A DNA stretch of 64,000 nucleotides from Desulfonatronospira sp. (GTDB lineage Bacteria; Desulfobacterota; Desulfovibrionia; Desulfovibrionales; Desulfonatronovibrionaceae), in assembly GCA_007125075.1 (NCBI GenBank), contig SLDX01000001.1, forward strand, positions 16,539 through 80,538, read 5' to 3'. Below, in pieces: positions 35,964 through 48,096 of the stretch. The stretch's first letter is position 1, and each line of letters starts with the position of its first letter. The notes beneath the pieces are model-generated. The model saw nothing but the letters and a program-made list of their open reading frames with translations. It was not told where the DNA came from and made no database searches. Both the position numbers and the translations under genes were made by a program.

Positions 35964-38474
35964 TTATCCGCAGCATTTTTTGTGCTTTTTCCCGCTGCCG
36001 CAGGGACAGGGGTCATTTCTGCCTACTTTGGGTTCGCTTCGGCGCACCGGTTCTTTTTTGTTTTCCTTTTCCCTGATCTGAGCACCACCGGCATACTGCA
36101 GGTTCTCCTGTTCCTTATGCTTGAAGCCCTCGGCCTCGACTTTCTTGTGGATTCTAAGCCTGCACAGCGCCCGGATCACATTTTCCTTCATTCGGTAGAG
36201 CATATCCTCGAACTGCTCATAGCCTTCGCGCTTGTATTCGCGTTTGGGATCCCTCTGTCCGTAACCGCGCAGTCCGATGCCCTGCTTTAAATGGTCCATC
36301 TGCAGGAGATGTTCTTTCCAGTTACGGTCCAGGCTTTCCAGGAGGAAAAAGCGCAGCACTTCATCATACTGATCTCCGGCATCAGCTTTGAGCTGCTCCA
36401 GATGTGCATTGATCGCTTTAAGGGCCTGTTCCCTGTCCGGGAGTTCTTCATCAGGCAGGTGGCGTTTGATATTGAAAAGTTCATCGAGCCGCCCCTTGAT
36501 CAGGTCCCTGGGTTCCTCTTCCAGACTTTCCGGGCTGCTCTCGCCCATGGGCGCATACACTTCATCCATCATCTCCTGGATAATGTCCTGAACATGCTCC
36601 TCCAGGCTTTCAGCGTGCATCAGGTCGCGGCGCTGCGTATAGATAACCGCTCTTTGCTGGTTCATCACGTCGTCGAAATCAAGAAGCTGTTTGCGGATAT
36701 TGAAGTTGTGCGCCTCCACCTTTACCTGGGCATTTTCAATGGCCTTGGTGATCATATTGTTTTCAATGGGCTGTCCCTCTTCCATACCCAGCTTGTCCAT
36801 CATTCCGGAAATGCGTTCCGAGCCGAAAAGTCTGAGCAAAGTATCGTCAAGGGCCAGATAGAAGCGCGAGGAACCCGGGTCGCCCTGTCGACCGGCCCGA
36901 CCTCTCAGCTGGTTGTCTATGCGCCTGCTTTCATGCCTTTCTGTTCCCAGAATGTGCAGGCCGCCCAGTTCGCGTACCCCTTCGCCAAGAACTATATCCG
37001 TACCCCGGCCGGCCATGTTGGTGGCCAGGGTCACCCGGCCCATCTCACCGGCCTTGGCGACTATCTCAGCTTCGCGTTCGTGATGTTTGGCGTTTAAGAC
37101 CTCGTGGGGCACCTGTCTTTTCTTGAGCAGTATGGACAGGTGTTCGGATTTTTCAATAGAAGTGGTGCCTACCAGAACCGGCTGCCCTCTGGAATGAAGC
37201 GTCTGGAGATCATCGGCTATGGCCTTGAATTTCTCAGCCTGGGTCTTGTAGACCACGTCTGCATTATCCTTGCGGATCATGGGTTTGTGCGTAGGGATGA
37301 CCACTACATCCAGATCGTAGATCTCCTTGAACTCTACAGCCTCAGTGTCCGCTGTACCGGTCATGCCGGCCAGCTTGTCATAAAGCCGGAAATAATTCTG
37401 GAAGGTTATCGAGGCCAGGGTCTGGTTTTCGGCTTCGACTTTGACCCTTTCTTTAGCTTCCAGAGCTTGATGCAGACCGTCGCCGAATCTTCTGCCGGGC
37501 ATGAGTCTGCCGGTAAACTCGTCAACAATGATGACCTGACCGTCCTTGACGATATATTCCGAGTCCCTGGAAAAAAGATGATGCGCCTTGAGCGCCTGAA
37601 GGACATGATGCTGGTAGCTGATGTTTTCCGGGTCGTACAAATTGTCCAGACCCAGAATCTTTTCCGCCCTGTGCACGCCTTCCTCAGTCAGCGTGACTGT
37701 CTTGGCTTTTTCATCGATATTGAAATCCTCGTCTTTTTTCAATCTGGGCACAATGGAGTTCATCCTGGCGTACAGATCTGTGGAAATATCAGCCGGACCG
37801 GAAATGATCAGCGGAGTCCTGGCTTCATCGATCAGAATGCAGTCCACTTCGTCCACAATAGCGTAATGCAGATCCCGCTGCACCAGTTGATGAGCATAGA
37901 ACTTCATGTGATCGCGCAGATAATCAAATCCGAATTCATTGTTCGTACCATAGGTGATATCTGCTGCATAAGCTTTTTTGCGCTCTTCGTCGTTCAGCCC
38001 GTGGACCACCACACCAACTTCCAGACCGAGAAAATTATACAGCCGTCCCATCCATTCCGCGTCACGCTTGGCCAGATAGTCATTGACCGTAACTATGTGC
38101 ACTCCCTTGCCGGAAAGGGCGTTCAGGACCACAGGCAAAGTGGCCACTAGAGTCTTTCCTTCACCGGTCTTCATCTCGGAGATGCGCCCTTCGTGCAGGG
38201 CCATGCCGCCGATGAGCTGAACATCAAAATGGCGCATGTCCAGGGTTCTGCGGGACGCCTCCCTGACCACGGCAAATACATGGGGCAGAAGATCGTCCAG
38301 ATTTGCGCCACTGGCCACTTCCTCTTTCCAGGCCTGTATCTGTGAACGAAGCTGCTCCTCTCCAAAAGAGCTGAACTCTTCTTCCAGTGAGTTGATCCGT
38401 TCCACCATCGGCATCAGTTTTTTTATATATCGATCATTCTTGCTGCCGAATATCTTTTTTACAATATTAAACAT
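35964..38474 (-). CDS. secA: Preprotein translocase ATPase SecA
   Basis: [34 protein letters not shown] and C-terminal SEC-C motif [14 protein letters not shown]. Confidence 0.98.
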   Translation of the reverse strand: MFNIVKKIFGSKNDRYIKKLMPMVERINSLEEEFSSFGEEQLRSQIQAWKEEVASGANLDDLLPHVFAVVREASRRTLDMRHFDVQLIGGMALHEGRISEMKTGEGKTLVATLPVVLNALSGKGVHIVTVNDYLAKRDAEWMGRLYNFLGLEVGVVVHGLNDEERKKAYAADITYGTNNEFGFDYLRDHMKFYAHQLVQRDLHYAIVDEVDCILIDEARTPLIISGPADISTDLYARMNSIVPRLKKDEDFNIDEKAKTVTLTEEGVHRAEKILGLDNLYDPENISYQHHVLQALKAHHLFSRDSEYIVKDGQVIIVDEFTGRLMPGRRFGDGLHQALEAKERVKVEAENQTLASITFQNYFRLYDKLAGMTGTADTEAVEFKEIYDLDVVVIPTHKPMIRKDNADVVYKTQAEKFKAIADDLQTLHSRGQPVLVGTTSIEKSEHLSILLKKRQVPHEVLNAKHHEREAEIVAKAGEMGRVTLATNMAGRGTDIVLGEGVRELGGLHILGTERHESRRIDNQLRGRAGRQGDPGSSRFYLALDDTLLRLFGSERISGMMDKLGMEEGQPIENNMITKAIENAQVKVEAHNFNIRKQLLDFDDVMNQQRAVIYTQRRDLMHAESLEEHVQDIIQEMMDEVYAPMGESSPESLEEEPRDLIKGRLDELFNIKRHLPDEELPDREQALKAINAHLEQLKADAGDQYDEVLRFFLLESLDRNWKEHLLQMDHLKQGIGLRGYGQRDPKREYKREGYEQFEDMLYRMKENVIRALCRLRIHKKVEAEGFKHKEQENLQYAGGAQIREKENKKEPVRRSEPKVGRNDPCPCGSGKKHKKCCG

Positions 38475-38495
38475 TTTATCCTCTTTGAACTTATC

Positions 38496-40547
38496 TCAAT
38501 CTTCCCAGGCTTCCAGGACATGGATTTCGTTGCTCAGCGGATCTATCTTTCCCAGCCGCAGTTGAAAAACCTGACCTATTCTGGTTTTCCCGCCAAAAGT
38601 CTCATGTCCGGCCCGGACCAGGATCTGCTCCCTGGGCAGACACAAAACCACGGGGCCGCTGTTGTCCACTACCACACCTCTCCAGGTGGCGTTTTTGCCT
38701 CGCTGCTTGAAATGCAGAAGCTTCCAGTATCTGGGCCTGAACTTCTGAACGCGCCCCACAACCCCTGTGCGGGCGTTAAGCACCGGAAGCATTGCCTCCA
38801 GGCCTTCGCGATCAAAAGGAGGTTTTTTTTCCCTTAGAACCGCTGCGATCTGTGCCTGATTGACCAGATCCACATAGCGTCGAAGCGGCGAGGTGACCGA
38901 AGCGTAGGCCGAAACCCCGATAGACCTGTGAGGTCTGGGGGCGGTTTCGGTCAAAGTGGCTCCCAGGGATCGGATTACCCTGTAGATATCTTCGGGACTG
39001 CTCCATACTCCGCAGAAATCTCTGGGCAAAGCTATGTCCTGGGTGCGGTACAGAAGAGGCAGTTTCCTGTCTTTGGCCCAACCTGCAAAGGCAGTATTGC
39101 ACAAAAGCATCAGTTCGGAAACGATAAGTTGAGCTCCCGGACAGGATTCGTCCTCCTCAAGGTGCACCTGGATGCCTTCCTGGGTATTAGTTAGCATAAT
39201 CATTGGATCGCTCTGGTCAATAATCACCGCGCCCTGTTCCACCCTTTTTCTGCGCAGGATCGAGGCCAGAGTGTATGCACATTTAAGGCTGGATTCGCTG
39301 TTTGCGGCAAGCTCTTCCTCCACATCGCTGTAGGTGCGGTTGGCCCGGACCAGGACACGGTCCAGCCTTGGCTCAAATTTTTTGATTTCTCCAAGGGCAT
39401 CAAGTTCAAGATGCAGCACCAGAGCCGGACGTACCTGATTTTGCTTCAGGCTGAACAGATCTTCAGCAAATTCCCTGGGCAGCATGTCGCTATTTCCTTC
39501 GGGCAGGTACAGGCTGGTGGCCCGGTTAGCCACAGCCCGATCCAGTTCGCTGCCGAACTGCCAGAAAAGACCCGGTCCCGCCAGGGCAATGGAAACGGAA
39601 AAACCCTGCCCATGTTCACGGACAAGGAAGGCATCGTCAATATCCCTGGTAGACGTCGAATCAATGCTGATAAGATCCTCAAGACCCGGGTCTCCAGCGC
39701 TTTTTGACAGCTCATCTTTGATGGACTCGATGTCCGGTAAATACTCTTCTGCCCACTCATCTCCCCACATATATTCAGCCTGATCCAGCAGATAATTGTA
39801 ATGGTCAGGATATATCCCCCAGGCCCTGGCCAGCAGAAAAGGCAGGTGCACCTCCTGGGGCAGACCCGCGGTAAGCTTTGCCCACAGATCCTGTGTGTGG
39901 GGATCATCTGGATACTTGACCCGGCGCACCAGAACTTCTTTCAACTTCTGCGCAATGTCAGGATCAGGAGGTTCCGGTGCAGGCCCTGCTCTGAACGCAT
40001 GGCTGTACAAGCTCATCAGGAATTCTTTGCCTCTACTGATAAGCCTTTCCTTTTCTCTGGCTTTGTGCTGCTCTTCCAGCTTTTTTTCAACTATTTCTTC
40101 AGGATATATCTCAAAATCCGGAGGATTAAACCTGAAATACGCCTTGGCCTGGAGCAGGGCCCGGCCCAAGGCGGCTATCCGGTCATGATCGGGTTGCTCC
40201 CACACCAGACCGGCCAGCCAGTAAACCGAAACCTGTTGGATTTCTCCCTGGGTCATGGACCACACTTCATGCACGTCCAGATCTTCCTGCAAGTGCACGC
40301 GCTTTTGCTGGTGCTGCTTTAATAGCTCCAGGACTTCCTGCCTGGACAGTTCCGGTGAGTATATGGGTCCTTTCCAGGGCAGCACTCTTGAACCGGGCAG
40401 CTTCAGCTCTCGCTGGTTTATGTTCAATATCCGGACCCGCGATGATTGTACCTCCTGGACCCATGCCGGAACAGGCTGATTGTTGTGCAGGTATTCCACC
40501 ACCTGTCCGGGCCGAAGCTCTTCTGAGACACCTTGCTGATTGCTCAA
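38496..40547 (-). CDS. RNB-domain exoribonuclease (RNase II/R family)
   Basis: SIDSTSTRDIDDAF, ATSLYLP, VSELMLLCN and TSPLRRYVDL. Start estimated at TTG 40547. Confidence 0.88.
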   Translation of the reverse strand: MSNQQGVSEELRPGQVVEYLHNNQPVPAWVQEVQSSRVRILNINQRELKLPGSRVLPWKGPIYSPELSRQEVLELLKQHQQKRVHLQEDLDVHEVWSMTQGEIQQVSVYWLAGLVWEQPDHDRIAALGRALLQAKAYFRFNPPDFEIYPEEIVEKKLEEQHKAREKERLISRGKEFLMSLYSHAFRAGPAPEPPDPDIAQKLKEVLVRRVKYPDDPHTQDLWAKLTAGLPQEVHLPFLLARAWGIYPDHYNYLLDQAEYMWGDEWAEEYLPDIESIKDELSKSAGDPGLEDLISIDSTSTRDIDDAFLVREHGQGFSVSIALAGPGLFWQFGSELDRAVANRATSLYLPEGNSDMLPREFAEDLFSLKQNQVRPALVLHLELDALGEIKKFEPRLDRVLVRANRTYSDVEEELAANSESSLKCAYTLASILRRKRVEQGAVIIDQSDPMIMLTNTQEGIQVHLEEDESCPGAQLIVSELMLLCNTAFAGWAKDRKLPLLYRTQDIALPRDFCGVWSSPEDIYRVIRSLGATLTETAPRPHRSIGVSAYASVTSPLRRYVDLVNQAQIAAVLREKKPPFDREGLEAMLPVLNARTGVVGRVQKFRPRYWKLLHFKQRGKNATWRGVVVDNSGPVVLCLPREQILVRAGHETFGGKTRIGQVFQLRLGKIDPLSNEIHVLEAWED

Positions 40548-40563
40548 TAGACTAATCTGCTTT

Positions 40564-41847
40564 CTAATGTTTAAATGACCGCTGTCCGGTAAAGACCATT
40601 GCCGCCTGAGGCACGGCCTCATTTACCGCCTGGATGACCTCGTGATCGCGCATTGAGCCTCCCGGCTGGGCAATAGCGGTAATACCCTGCTTCAAGGCCA
40701 GGTCCACTCCATCCCTGAAAGGAAAAAAACCGTCGGAAACCATTACCGCGCCCGGGAGATCGGCCCTGTTCCGGCGCGCTTTTTCCTGAACAGATTCCAG
40801 AAGTTCTCTGGCCCCGGCATCAGTTTCAGCCTGCTCCTGAACCTGATAAATGGATTGACCGGTCTGATTGAAGATCTCCAAATCCACGTATTTGGTGTAG
40901 GCCTTATGTATGGTCAGGTCCACACATCCAACCCTGTCCTGCTCTCCTGTACCGATGGACAGGGTGCGGCCGTCCCGGGCGAAAAGAACTGAATTGGAAG
41001 TTACCCCAGCTTCCACAGCCCAGGCAAAGATAAGGTCGTCCATCTCCCGGGGATCAGGATGCCTGGAGCTGACCACTGCATCTCCAGCCTGAGCCTGGGC
41101 GGGTAAAAAATCCTCGGGTTCCCGGATACGGTTGGTAAAGGAAAACTGGATGATCAGCCCGCCGTCCTGCAAAGACTTTATGTCCAGGAACGGATAATCC
41201 GCAAATTCCTCCAGACGGCCCAGGGCGGACATCTTGATAATCCGCAGATTTTTGCGCGTCTTCAGCTTTTCCAAAGCTCCGGGATCGAAATCCGGAGCAG
41301 CGACCACCTCCAGGTAGTTGTCAGCCAGAAATTCCGCTCCTGGCAGATCCACTGAACGGTTCAAGACCACTGCTCCACCAAAGGCTGCTATCCTGTCGGA
41401 AAAATATGCCTTCTTGACCGCGTCCAGGACTCCCTGATCCGACCAGGCCGCTCCTGAAGGGTTGTTGTGCTTGAGGATGACCGCAGCTGTCTTTTTGTGC
41501 AGATACTGCAAAATATTGATTCCGTTATCCACATCCGTAAGATTTATCTTCCCGGGATGCTTCCCGGCCTGGAGCATATCAGCTTCATTTATGGCTGATA
41601 CCAGTCCCTGGCCAGGGCCCTTGAATTTTACTCCTGCCAGTTCCAGGGCTCCGCCTGCCGGCTCATACATTGCCGCCGGCTGATCCGGGTTTTCTCCGTA
41701 GCGCAGGCCCCTTTCCTGATCCTGAACTGTCCAGGTTCTTTTGCGCATCTTGATTTCTTGATCCCCCAGTTTTATGATCATTTCTCTGGGAAAAGGATCC
41801 TTTTGAATATCCCGGTACATTTTTCTTAAATCCTGCATGACTTTCAT
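40564..41847 (-). CDS. purH: PurH-family AICAR transformylase domain protein (no N-terminal MGS-like IMP cyclohydrolase domain)
   Basis: LRYGENP, KHNNP, AAFGG, SDGFFPFRDG, QPGGSMRD and FTGQRSFKH motifs. Confidence 0.8.
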   Translation of the reverse strand: MKVMQDLRKMYRDIQKDPFPREMIIKLGDQEIKMRKRTWTVQDQERGLRYGENPDQPAAMYEPAGGALELAGVKFKGPGQGLVSAINEADMLQAGKHPGKINLTDVDNGINILQYLHKKTAAVILKHNNPSGAAWSDQGVLDAVKKAYFSDRIAAFGGAVVLNRSVDLPGAEFLADNYLEVVAAPDFDPGALEKLKTRKNLRIIKMSALGRLEEFADYPFLDIKSLQDGGLIIQFSFTNRIREPEDFLPAQAQAGDAVVSSRHPDPREMDDLIFAWAVEAGVTSNSVLFARDGRTLSIGTGEQDRVGCVDLTIHKAYTKYVDLEIFNQTGQSIYQVQEQAETDAGARELLESVQEKARRNRADLPGAVMVSDGFFPFRDGVDLALKQGITAIAQPGGSMRDHEVIQAVNEAVPQAAMVFTGQRSFKH

Positions 41848-42040
41848 CCTCCTGAAAAATTACTTTTTGGGGGTTGCTCAAGACATTTTTTTTACTTACC
41901 ACAGGGCTGGTATGGGAGCAAATCCAAACATAGGCCTGCAGGTCTTCAGCACCTGTTTTGGGCAAACCTGTGTAAAACATGGTGTTGAAGATTTCTTGGA
42001 ATTTTTACAATTCAGTCTCTCTGCTTCAAGGACAAATATT

Positions 42041-42343
42041 ATGGAAAAAGTGCTCAAAAAACTTGCTGATGAGTTAAACAATCTGGACGAGGCTTCACTT
42101 ATCAGTTTGTGGGATAAATATTATGAGCGGGTGCAAAGCTTTACTCCGAGCAGGCAGTGGGAGGAGGACATTCTTATTTTGTCCATGATCCAGGCTGTGC
42201 GCTGGAAAAACCAGCTTTTTAACCAGTGCATGAGCGAGCATCCGCAGGAAAAAAGTCAGGACAAAAAGAGTCTACTCAGGCCAGTCAGGCGGAACAAAAT
42301 CAAGAAAACCGCCAAGGTGCTCAGTTTCCGGCCGCGAGAGTGA
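42041..42343 (+). CDS. Hypothetical protein (100 aa)
   Basis: ATG 42041 after AAGGAC; MEKVLKKLADELNNLDEASLISLWDKY...QAVRWKNQLFN; helical, protein-like composition. Confidence 0.7.
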   Translation: MEKVLKKLADELNNLDEASLISLWDKYYERVQSFTPSRQWEEDILILSMIQAVRWKNQLFNQCMSEHPQEKSQDKKSLLRPVRRNKIKKTAKVLSFRPRE

Positions 42344-43726
42344 AATCATTCCATATGCCAGATAGTAATAATAACGAACATTTTCCACAAACCGAACCGC
42401 TTCAAATCCCCGGGCATAGCCCCTGGGCATATCCTGATAATATTTTTCATTGCTTAACAGCGGGTAGATCTGTTTAAGCACTGACCATGCATCCGGATTT
42501 TTTTCCTTGCGCTGCGCAAGAGCTCTGGCATCGTATACATGCCCGAGGCCCTGGTTGTATGCGGCCAGAGCCAGAAACCATTTATCCCATGACTCAATCC
42601 CGATATCCTCCATTCCATGAGCCAGCATGCTCAAGTACCTCGCCCCGCCAAGAATGCTTTCATGAGGATCCAGCCGGTTCTCCATCCCCAAAAATTCTGC
42701 TGTCTGGGAAGTTATCTGCAAAAGTCCCTGGACTCCTGTCCGGCTGACGGCATGGGAATCAAAGTGTGATTCCTGATAGATCAATGCGACCAGAAACAAA
42801 GGATCTATGCTGTATTTCCGGGAGGCATCGAGTATGGTTTGAGCATATTCCGGAACCTCATCCTGCAGAACCCGCTGAAAATGCCTGAGCTGATAAGGAT
42901 CCTGGTTTTCAGGGAAAAAACCGAAATACTTCTCGTACAGTTCCTCCAGTTCTCCTGATTTCTTGAGCAGCTTCCAAAAGGCTGCAAGCTGTTCGTGAAT
43001 ATCCTGGTAATTTCTTGACCAGAGCCAGACATGTTCAAATGCCGGTTGAAAAAGATGGGTTTTGTGCACCTGAGGATAAAACCCTTTCCAGATCCTGTAG
43101 GTCAACTCATCCACCATTCCGAAACGAAAGCTTCTTTCGGACAGCGTCTCAAAGAACGACCACCCGTTGTCCGTTTTTTTTGCAGGCTTAATAGCGCATT
43201 GCAGTTCTTTTGAAAGCGTCTCCAGCTTAATGCTGAAGACTGTCCCGTCTATCACTGCCAGATCACTGGAGCAGAGATCGCTTAAAGTATTTAAAGGATA
43301 CCGCAGATGATTGTGCACGACAAGCAGGCTGCTTTCCAGGTAGGGATGTCCTTTGACCAATCCTTTATCTTCCGGGGGCTTATGCGGGGGGCCAATTAGA
43401 AGAAGCTGCAGCCTGCCCTGTTTCAAATCATCCAGAGCCTGCTCGTAGTCCTTCAGTTCTACAAGTTCGGCCTTAAGCCCTTGTTCCTGATGAAAAAGAT
43501 CCAGAAGTTCCCTTTCAAAACCAGGACCATAAGGACTCAGCTTTGAAAGCACCCTTTCAGAGGGAAAGTAGCCTGCTTTGATTGTTTCTTTACTCCATGC
43601 CGGCAGTTCATCAAATTTTCCAATATACCATATTATCAATCCTGCCTGTATTAGAACAAGTATGACAAGACTGAAAATCTCTCTTAAGCTCACAGCAGCT
43701 TTGCAAAAACAGCGGTATTGCATCAA
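42272..43726 (-). CDS. mltF: MltF-like lytic transglycosylase (PBP + SLT domains)
   Basis: N-terminal PBP3-like region; ALIYQESHFD, GLLQIT, LAAYNQG and ARGFEAVRFVENVR motifs. Confidence 0.85.
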   Translation of the reverse strand: MMQYRCFCKAAVSLREIFSLVILVLIQAGLIIWYIGKFDELPAWSKETIKAGYFPSERVLSKLSPYGPGFERELLDLFHQEQGLKAELVELKDYEQALDDLKQGRLQLLLIGPPHKPPEDKGLVKGHPYLESSLLVVHNHLRYPLNTLSDLCSSDLAVIDGTVFSIKLETLSKELQCAIKPAKKTDNGWSFFETLSERSFRFGMVDELTYRIWKGFYPQVHKTHLFQPAFEHVWLWSRNYQDIHEQLAAFWKLLKKSGELEELYEKYFGFFPENQDPYQLRHFQRVLQDEVPEYAQTILDASRKYSIDPLFLVALIYQESHFDSHAVSRTGVQGLLQITSQTAEFLGMENRLDPHESILGGARYLSMLAHGMEDIGIESWDKWFLALAAYNQGLGHVYDARALAQRKEKNPDAWSVLKQIYPLLSNEKYYQDMPRGYARGFEAVRFVENVRYYYYLAYGMISLSRPETEHLGGFLDFVPPDWPE

Positions 43727-44057
43727 TGCCTTCCTGATAAAGTTAACTGAGATGCACCGAACAAAATATCAGTCCCGGATTCAAAAATATCCGTAATACA
43801 GGGCACTAATGCTCCAGTATTCAGTTTGATGCTATTGAAACATAAGATCTGCAATCAATTGGATTACAAACCTGTTAAAAGTACTTATATGTAATTTCTA
43901 AAATACTTCCCTTGAAATAGCAAACTTTGACTCGGATGGGCTCATTGACTTTGCTCTGCCGGTATTTTAAACAAAAAAGCAATTTCAAGAAATTGTGCTT
44001 GAAGCCCGCAGGACGGTTTTGTTCCAATTCCGGACCGGAAATTTTTTCCGGTCATAG

Positions 44058-46207
<2,150 letters not shown>

Positions 46208-46209
46208 TT

Positions 46210-48096
46210 ATGTTTAGTGAACAGGATATATATCTATTTAAACAGGGGCGGCACTTTCGGCTGTACCGCCATCTGGGCGCCCATGTGGTAATGCACGGCG
46301 GAGTCCGGGGGACATATTTTGCGGTCTGGGCTCCGAATGCGGCCAGGGTCAGCGTGACCGGGGATTTCAATTCCTGGAACAAAGAATCCCACCAGCTGAA
46401 TTTTCGCAGCGACAGCTCAGGTATCTGGGAAGGTTTCGTACCTGAAGCAATGCCCGGTCAGAGGTACAAATATCACATACAGTCCAGGTTCCACAGCTAT
46501 TCTGCAGATAAAGGCGATCCTTTCGCCTTTTTCTGGGAAACAGCTCCCGACACAGCCTCCATTATCTGGAAAATGGACCATGACTGGGGGGATCAGGAAT
46601 GGATGCAGAACCGGCACAAGACTAATAAGCACGACAAACCTCTGGCCATATATGAAATGCACATGGGCTCCTGGCAAAGAGACCCTGCAGAACCCTGGCG
46701 CCTGCTGAGCTACCGGGAGCTGGCTGAAAAACTTCCTCCCTATCTTCTGGAAATGGGCTTTACCCATGTGGAATTAATGCCGGTTTGCGAGCATCCCTTT
46801 TACGGTTCGTGGGGCTATCAGATCCTGGGCTTTTTCGCTCCGACCAGCCGCTACGGCACTCCGCAGGATTTCATGTATCTTGTGGATGTTCTGCATCAAA
46901 ACGGCATCGGGGTTATCCTGGACTGGGTTCCTTCCCACTTTCCCACTGACGAGGTCGGACTTGGCTATTTCGATGGAACGCATCTGTATGAACACATGGA
47001 CCAGCGCAAGGGATTTCATCCGGAATGGAAAAGCTTTATCTTCAATTACGGCCGCCATGAAGTGGTCAATTTTCTGATCAGCAACGCTCTCTTCTGGCTG
47101 GATTTTTACCATATCGACGGACTGCGCCTGGATGCGGTGGCCTCCATGCTCTACCTGGATTATGCCCGCAATGAAGGAGAATGGGAGCCAAATGAATTCG
47201 GAGGCAATGAAAACATCGAGGCCATCGAGTTTCTTAAAGCGCTGAATAAAGAGGTTTACCGCTCCTATCCGGACGTGCACACCTTTGCTGAGGAATCCAC
47301 TTCCTGGCCTATGGTTTCCCGGCCGACATATGTCGGGGGACTGGGATTCGGGTTTAAATGGAATATGGGCTGGATGAACGACACTTTGAGCTTCATAAGC
47401 AAAGAACCTGTTTTTCGCAAATACCACCATAACCAGATGACTTTCAGTATCTGGTACGCTTTTACTGAAAATTTCCTCCTGCCCCTGTCCCATGATGAAG
47501 TGGTACATGAAAAAGGTTCCCTGCTGACCAAGATGCCCGGGGATTACTGGCAGAAGTTCGCCAACCTGCGTCTTCTGCTGGGTTATATGTACGCCCATCC
47601 AGGAAAAAAAATGCTGTTCATGGGTGCTGAACTGGCGCAATGGAACGAATGGAATCATGACAACAGTCTGGACTGGCATCTTTTGGAATATGATCCGCAC
47701 AGACAGGTGCAGAACTGGCTCAAAGAGCTGAACAGGTACTATCAACACCACTCCCAGTTGTATGAACTCGATTTTGAACCAGAGGGGTTTGAATGGATAG
47801 ACTGTCAGGATTCTGATTCAAGCGTACTGTCGTTTATCCGCCTGGATAAGAATAAAAAGCCCCTTCTGGTGGCAGCCAATTTTACCCCGGTGCCTAGATC
47901 AGATTATGTTTTGGGCGCTCCCTTGCCCGGTCAGTGGGAGGAAGTCTTAAACAGCGATGACGGCCGCTTCGGGGGTTCAGGCGTACTCAACAACTTCCCC
48001 CGTCATACTGAGGCATTTGCCGCACATGGACGTCCCCAGTCCCTGCGTCTTAACCTGCCTCCTTTAGGGATTATTTTTCTGGAGCCAGTCTTATGA
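46210..48096 (+). CDS. glgB: 1,4-alpha-glucan branching enzyme
   Basis: FAVWAPNA, ELMPVCEHP, WGYQ, DWVPSHF, GLRLDAVASM, AEEST and LSHDEVVH. Start set at ATG 46210. Confidence 0.96.
   Translation: MFSEQDIYLFKQGRHFRLYRHLGAHVVMHGGVRGTYFAVWAPNAARVSVTGDFNSWNKESHQLNFRSDSSGIWEGFVPEAMPGQRYKYHIQSRFHSYSADKGDPFAFFWETAPDTASIIWKMDHDWGDQEWMQNRHKTNKHDKPLAIYEMHMGSWQRDPAEPWRLLSYRELAEKLPPYLLEMGFTHVELMPVCEHPFYGSWGYQILGFFAPTSRYGTPQDFMYLVDVLHQNGIGVILDWVPSHFPTDEVGLGYFDGTHLYEHMDQRKGFHPEWKSFIFNYGRHEVVNFLISNALFWLDFYHIDGLRLDAVASMLYLDYARNEGEWEPNEFGGNENIEAIEFLKALNKEVYRSYPDVHTFAEESTSWPMVSRPTYVGGLGFGFKWNMGWMNDTLSFISKEPVFRKYHHNQMTFSIWYAFTENFLLPLSHDEVVHEKGSLLTKMPGDYWQKFANLRLLLGYMYAHPGKKMLFMGAELAQWNEWNHDNSLDWHLLEYDPHRQVQNWLKELNRYYQHHSQLYELDFEPEGFEWIDCQDSDSSVLSFIRLDKNKKPLLVAANFTPVPRSDYVLGAPLPGQWEEVLNSDDGRFGGSGVLNNFPRHTEAFAAHGRPQSLRLNLPPLGIIFLEPVL

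Noticed and set aside
36291-38150. 268-aa and 348-aa plus-strand ORFs
   Set aside because: Antisense shadows of secA
41848-42040. ZTP riboswitch upstream of purH
   Set aside because: Only a short CAGGT/ACCTG hairpin; the conserved pfl-motif core is absent
46774-47751. 325-aa minus-strand ORF
   Set aside because: Antisense shadow of glgB
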